A stretch of DNA of 64,000 bases, from assembly GCF_009914755.1 (NCBI RefSeq), contig NC_060925.1; one strand, written 5' to 3'. The translations under genes and the position numbers were made by a program. Positions 57,030 to 64,000 of this stretch are shown in pieces. The notes below the pieces were generated by a model. It saw only the letters and a program-made list of their open reading frames with translations. It ran no database searches and had not been told where the DNA came from. The DNA comes from the human T2T-CHM13v2.0 reference genome, Homo sapiens. Numbering within the stretch: position 1 is the stretch's first letter; every line of letters starts with the position of its first letter.

Positions 57030-57450
57030 CACTTTTGTGTGGAAAAGTGTCAGAGTGGCCTAGAGGCAGGATGGGCAGGAGTGAGGAGAGAGCTACTCTT
57101 CACTGGGTTTTCCACAAGAAAGGCAAAGCAGGGCGGAGTGAACATTTTAGAATTGGCTAGTTTGGATAATGTCAACAGGCTTTAAACTACAGGGGTGGTC
57201 TCCAGTTGCCTGGTACCTGGCCCTGGGATGAGTAGGGCAGAGGAAGATTGCTTCCCGGGGTAAAAGGGCCAGACTGAGATCTGGCTCTGGGTGGGTTCGT
57301 TTGCATATAAAAGGCCTGCTCCCACTGAGCCCATCACTGTCTCTAAGAATATGGCTAGCCCAGGGAGGGGCAGTCTGTCTCCAGCCAGAAAGATGTTTAA
57401 ACATCAACACATCGTAATACATATAGAAAGTTAAAAAGATAAACAATACA
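57030..57450. mobile_element. LTR fragment (family uncertain) inside a MER5-like element (56920-57545)
   Basis: attggctagtttg...ctggtacctggccctggg motif; MER5 halves on both sides. Confidence 0.55.
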
Positions 57451-58234
57451 CCCACTGATTCAGAAACTCTGGGGTGCGACTCAATGCTCCGTTTTCATAG
57501 CCTTCCAGGTGTTACTGATGCAAACCACAGTGTGAGATCCGTCACTCTATTCCAAGAGCTGCTAGAAGGGCAGCCTTTGCTGAGCCATAACATAGATCCC
57601 GTTAGCCCCTCTCCTAACTTTACCTACGCTCTGGGGCATTCAGTGACTTTCCTAAGGTGACTGGCCGGATCAATCCAGCAGCTGTCAGCCACACACCAAG
57701 AGGCGGAGCAGGCCAAGGTGGCTGCAGAGTGCAGTGGAGCCGTGTCCAGCCCTGCACTGCAGGCTGTGTGTCTTTGGCCATGTCACTAACTTCTTTGTGT
57801 CTTCTCAGCAGAATGTGGGGACAGAACCTAATGATCTCGAAAGTCTCTTCCAGCGCTGCTGTTTCTTGATTCTCCTTATCACTCCTCAGCGTCCTTATCT
57901 GTAAAACAGCGATACTGCCCACCCTGGGATTATAGAGATGATGAAATGAGGTGATGTGTGCGGAAGCACTCAACATCTGCTACAGGCTTGATAAATGTTA
58001 GCTGAATTTTAAATTATTCTCTTGTCCTTCCAATTCTGCCCAAACTCTCCTTTTCCTTCTATCCACCCCCACTCTGTGCTTACATCAGGCCTTGGGGACC
58101 CTCTCCTCTCCAGGATCGCCTGCTCCCTACAGAATTATCATCCCTATACCCCACAAACATCCCTATACCCCACAAACATTATAGGGAGGACAGTCCCCCA
58201 TATACTCCCTCAAGAATCGGGATGGAGGGGAGGA

Positions 58235-58458
58235 CTGGAGTCCTGGCTCTGCCACTAGCTTGCTGTGTGACCTTGGGTAATTTGCTTAACCTCTCTGTGC
58301 TTCCGTTTCCATCTCTGTAAAACGATGGCTCTTCACAGCACCCACATCCGAGGGTTTTTGTAGGGATGAAATGAGTTAATGTGATGGGATTACATGTGAT
58401 GGGATTTGAGCAGTGCCTGGCATGTAGCTGTCTAGGTTACACAGTGCCTAAGTCTGTG
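58235..58458 (+). mobile_element. MIR, copy 1 of a local duplication
   Basis: gctgtgtgaccttggg...cagtgcctggcatgtag. Confidence 0.85.
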
Positions 58459-58639
58459 GCACCCGATAGGTGGAAGGCCTCGGACACAGTGCTAGGGCTG
58501 GCCCACCGGCCTCCATCCCTCTACTCAGCTGCTTCCTGCTAAATCTCACTCCCTTTCCCGCTCCAGGTCTCAACGTGCTCCTCTGAGGATCCGCTTGGAA
58601 CGTCTGCTCCGGAAGGAGGACCCTCGAGTTTCTTCACTG

Positions 58640-58815
58640 CCTGTCAGCAGCCCCTCTGCCTCCTCCGTGCCCCCGCCCCTCTCTGCCAGGGCGCTTCTGC
58701 CAACGGCTGGTTATTTATATCCCTGAGCAGCTGCTGACAGACAGCTGGGAGCTGGGAGGCGGCTGACAGGGACGAGCGAGGCAGAGATGACAGGGTTGTG
58801 GGCGGTGCTGTCACT
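58640..58815. promoter_or_regulatory. Putative enhancer/promoter: GC box, TATA-like element, 5 TGACAG sites, 2 CAGCTG E-boxes
   Basis: ccccgcccc 58671-58679; ttatttatat 58711-58720; TGACAG/CTGTCA at 58641, 58735, 58764, 58788, 58808; CAGCTG at 58728 and 58742; several CpGs retained. Confidence 0.5.
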
Positions 58816-59110
58816 CTTAGCAGGACTGCTGGGCAGAGCCCCCTCCCCTTCACCCAGGGAGGTGAGACTTAGACAGGCTGATGGGCCATCTGGGAAGGGG
58901 CACCTCAAACGGCAGGAAGCCAGGGCTGTGAACCCCGGGGACGGGGAGGCAGATGGGGTTGGAGGCAAGGACTTTGCCCTTGTTGACTTTTTCCAGAAGG
59001 GGTGGAAGCAGCTGCGGCTTAATTATCTGGGCACTTGCCCAGGGCATCTGCTGCTCACAAGCTGTATGACCTTGGGTAAGTCACGAACTCTGGGATTTTG
59101 GTTCCTCTGA
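58787..59110 (+). CDS. Hypothetical small ORF with signal-peptide-like N-terminus (MTGLWAVLSLLAGLLG...); C-terminus MIR-derived
   Basis: ATG with -3 G, about 70 nt after a TATA-like element; phase-0 donor GAG|GTGAGA after codon 25; no recognised homology. Confidence 0.15.
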   Translation: MTGLWAVLSLLAGLLGRAPSPSPREVRLRQADGPSGKGHLKRQEARAVNPGDGEADGVGGKDFALVDFFQKGWKQLRLNYLGTCPGHLLLTSCMTLGKSRTLGFWFL

Positions 59111-59199
59111 GGAAGTGAGATGGTTGGATGAGATGCTCGCTGAGTTCTCTTTCAGCCACATTGATGTAGAGGTTACAAACACAAACCCTGGAGTCTTTG

Positions 59200-59412
59200 C
59201 ATCCTGGATCTGCCACCAGCTTGCTGTGTGACTTTGAACAATTTACTTAACCTCTTTGCACTTCCATTTCCATCTCTGCAAAATGGTGGTTCTTCATAGC
59301 ACCCACATCAAAAGGTTTTTGTAGGGATGAAATCAGTTAACGAATACATGTGATGGGCTTCAAGCAGTGTCTGGCATGTAGTTGTCTAGGTTAAACAGAG
59401 CCTGAGTCTATG
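59200..59412 (+). mobile_element. MIR, copy 2 of a local duplication
   Basis: About 85% identical to 58235-58458, including the non-MIR 3' flank. Confidence 0.85.
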
Positions 59413-60131
59413 ATTCTTTCCATGTGTCCTCTTGCTCTAAGAAGGTAACTGAGTGTAATAGAAATATTGAGAGTGAAGGGTGGGGACCTTTATATGTGTA
59501 TTGCCACAGAAAGGTGGTTTTATGGGCTTATATAACTTGTGTCATCAAATGAGTGAGTTGCAAATTGGGAAATGTTTAGGCTATGCCTACATTTATTCTG
59601 AGCCTGAGTCCTAGTTTTCTGACTTCTGCTTCTACCTGTAATCTCTGGGGACTGTTGTTTGCTCAAAACAGCAAAAAATTTAAAGGTTGTTGTTCTCCTT
59701 TTCTGACTCTCTGTCTCTGTCGTTCTCCCTCTCTTCGCCTCTCCTGTCTCCTTGCTAACTCTTTGCTGTCCTTCTATTTTAAAAATTAATACCTGGTCTT
59801 GGAAAGAACAAAATCCCAAGCATATAATTAAGTCCCTGGGCACAGGTGTGCCTACAGCACCAGCCTTGGCCATCAGGGTGGGGTAGGGGCTGAACAGGAA
59901 TCTGGGTGGGAGCGACCTTGGAGCAGGGAGCATGTTATCCACCAGCTCTTGAGCCCCACCACACACTGACAGACACACTGGGTTTATAGCCACACCTCAG
60001 CTGTGCTGTCTGGGAGCAGTTGAGCTTGGTGCGGATGATGTCCGTTTCTCTCTTTTACTAATCTTGGCCTTTAGGAAAGGAGTATCCCCGTAACAGAGGA
60101 GGGGAGAGAGGAAGGCAATGGAAGCTAACAG

Positions 60132-60145
60132 GTTACCATGGAAAC
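60132..60145. promoter_or_regulatory. RFX X-box
   Basis: GTTACCATGGAAAC. Confidence 0.55.
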
Positions 60146-62317
60146 CAGCTGAACACAAACTCTTAGCTTCAGCTAATACTTGACTTGCAAGAATACGTCC
60201 ATAGCCACAACTTAAATGAAACACACACACACACACACCCCTTTAAAAGAAGGATAAATGTTGACTCATTCCTCTCTAATCACAGCAATTAGGTTCTAAC
60301 GTTGGAGTCCAGATGAGAGGTGAGGATGACATGAATCTGTTCTGCTTTAAAGAAGCCCCTTGCAATTCACTCTTTTCTTGGAAACCCAGAGCATTGGTTC
60401 CAACATCCTGACCTTGCCCAGAAGTCATGTAGGGAGGATTATGAGTCCCCACAAGTCCCTTAATTCTTTGCTGTCATGAAGGCCATATAGACCTAAGTTA
60501 AGATGTCTGGTTTGAAAGAGTCTCCTGCCATTGGCCAATCCCACTACACTGGAGAAAAAAGGAAGTGTCAAAAATGGTTGGACATTTATTAAACATTTCC
60601 TGATCACCCACTATGTGCCAAGTGCCAGAAATTTAAAATGACAATAAAAATAAAAAATCTTGTCCCTGTCATCCAGAAGCTCATAGCCCAGGCAGTAGGA
60701 GGTATGATACAAATTATCTGTTACTAATAATAAGGGATCCACATTTGCAAATGGTTTTTATATATGCATGAATATTACATTCAAGGTGACCCCTATGATG
60801 TCATGCTTTCTTGAGCGGAGAAAGTGAGAACTGGGGCTCGAGAGAAAGAGAGAGAGAGAGAGAAAGAGCTGATCTAAGACCACGTTTCCTAACACTCCTA
60901 GGCCTCCATATTCACACATGCCCCAGCCACAAGGCTGGCAGCTTCTTTCCCACCCTGGGGTTACTGCCTTCCTAATTCACAGGCTACCTCCTTATAAAGG
61001 GGGTCCACCCCGCACTATGGAGCACTACCAGAAGCAACACAGTTGTTGTAAGATGCCCATTGGGAAGGGAGTTGGGGAGGGTGTCTTTCAGATGAGCCCA
61101 CTGGCCGTGTGCTTGTCCTCCACACCCTCTTCCAGCAGTATCTCGTTTAAGCAACAAGCAGCCCTCTAAACCCTATTTGGAATGTGAGTTACCTGGCTTC
61201 AGGGAGATTACAGGTGTACAAGGTCACACAGCTGGCCTGGGAAAGAGCCTGGATGCCCCCGACGTAGATCTGTGGGTCTTCAGTGCTTTCCCCCACTAGT
61301 CCAGACAGGCAGATCTGAGCTGGAAACGTTGGCTTGCCAGGAGGTGTCGGCCTTGAGCCAATTAGCTCTCAGTCTGTGAGCCCTCTTTCCCACCTCCCAA
61401 CAGTGAGCCTCAATTCCGTACATTCTTTTTCCACTTCAAGGTTGGATTTCCATCTCCTCTCCCCACGTTTGGAAACTGTCCCTAATCACCAGAGAATCTA
61501 ATTATCACTCCTTCTAAGTGATTCTCGGTCTCTGTTATGCAAATGTGGCTATAATTGTGTCAGGCAGGTTTTGTTGTCAGTTCCTCTTTCCTTTTTCCGC
61601 CTCTCTCCCCATCTCCTTTCAAATGGGAGTTGCAGTCTCCCCTCTTTTTATTGTAAAGGCCTCTAAGGTCCCCGGCTCCCTGAACCACAAATCGCCTAGA
61701 TTACCCACTCTGGATCCCAGGAGCCACAACAGGCCCGCCTCAGGGCAAACAGAAGGAAAAACAAACAGCATTTAGTGGAATTTATTTTATTTCTTTGGAG
61801 ATGCAAATCAGAAGGTTCCCAATGAGCTCTGGGAAGGGAGCGTCTGTGTGGGGTGGGAGGAAGTTGGTTCTGTGAACAGCAGCAGAGTCAGGGAAAACAG
61901 GCCCCTGTGCAGCCGGAGGTGCTGAGGGCATTCAATGTGGGCCTAGGTGTGTGGGACAGGGGTGGGACGGGTGGGAAGCCCCACCAAGCCCTAAACCACT
62001 GCATTTGTTATTTTGTCTGGTTAAAAGTTTCCAGGCCCCTTCTGAGTGGAGGCTGTTAGGATACTCTGGCCTGTTTTCCTCGCAGCCTTGGCAGCAGAGT
62101 GGGTGCTTCCAGCGTTTCTCAGGGATCCCCCCACTTACTCCCTATCCCTAGGGAAAATTCAGGACTGCCTTCCTTAGCTGCTGTCTCCTCCTGATCCTTA
62201 GCAGGCAGAGCAGGAGGCAGGGAGGCTCTGGTTTGAAAAGCAAATCCTTCTGTTTGTTTATTCATTCTCTCACTCAACAAAACCTTAAGTGCCTACTACA
62301 CTACAGGCAATATTCTA

Positions 62318-64000
<1,683 letters not shown>

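Overview
Primate (most likely human) genomic DNA, rich in Alu, MIR, L2, old L1, MaLR/ERV LTR and hAT DNA-transposon remnants. It contains no convincing multi-exon protein-coding sequence. The central feature is a CpG-island promoter (~30.9-32.3 kb) with an ATG-free minus-strand first exon (~32140 to 31720, donor GTGAGT). The left half of the window is therefore probably first intron and the right half upstream intergenic DNA. A non-coding CpG exon 1, a very long first intron and a minus-strand 5S rRNA pseudogene ~21.6 kb upstream match my recollection of LRRN2/RNA5SP75 at 1q32.1; this is from memory and needs a BLAT check. The most notable structures not explained by repeats are: (1) a TATA/GC-box/MEIS/E-box cassette with a signal-peptide-like ORF, bracketed by a locally duplicated MIR (58.2-59.4 kb); (2) an inverted ~90-bp duplication inside an L2; (3) a ~230-bp non-repeat direct duplication 2.9 kb apart; (4) a pre-miRNA-like hairpin; (5) four RFX X-boxes; (6) several well-formed orphan exons. 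I found no evidence for a wholly new biological system; these are candidates for follow-up.
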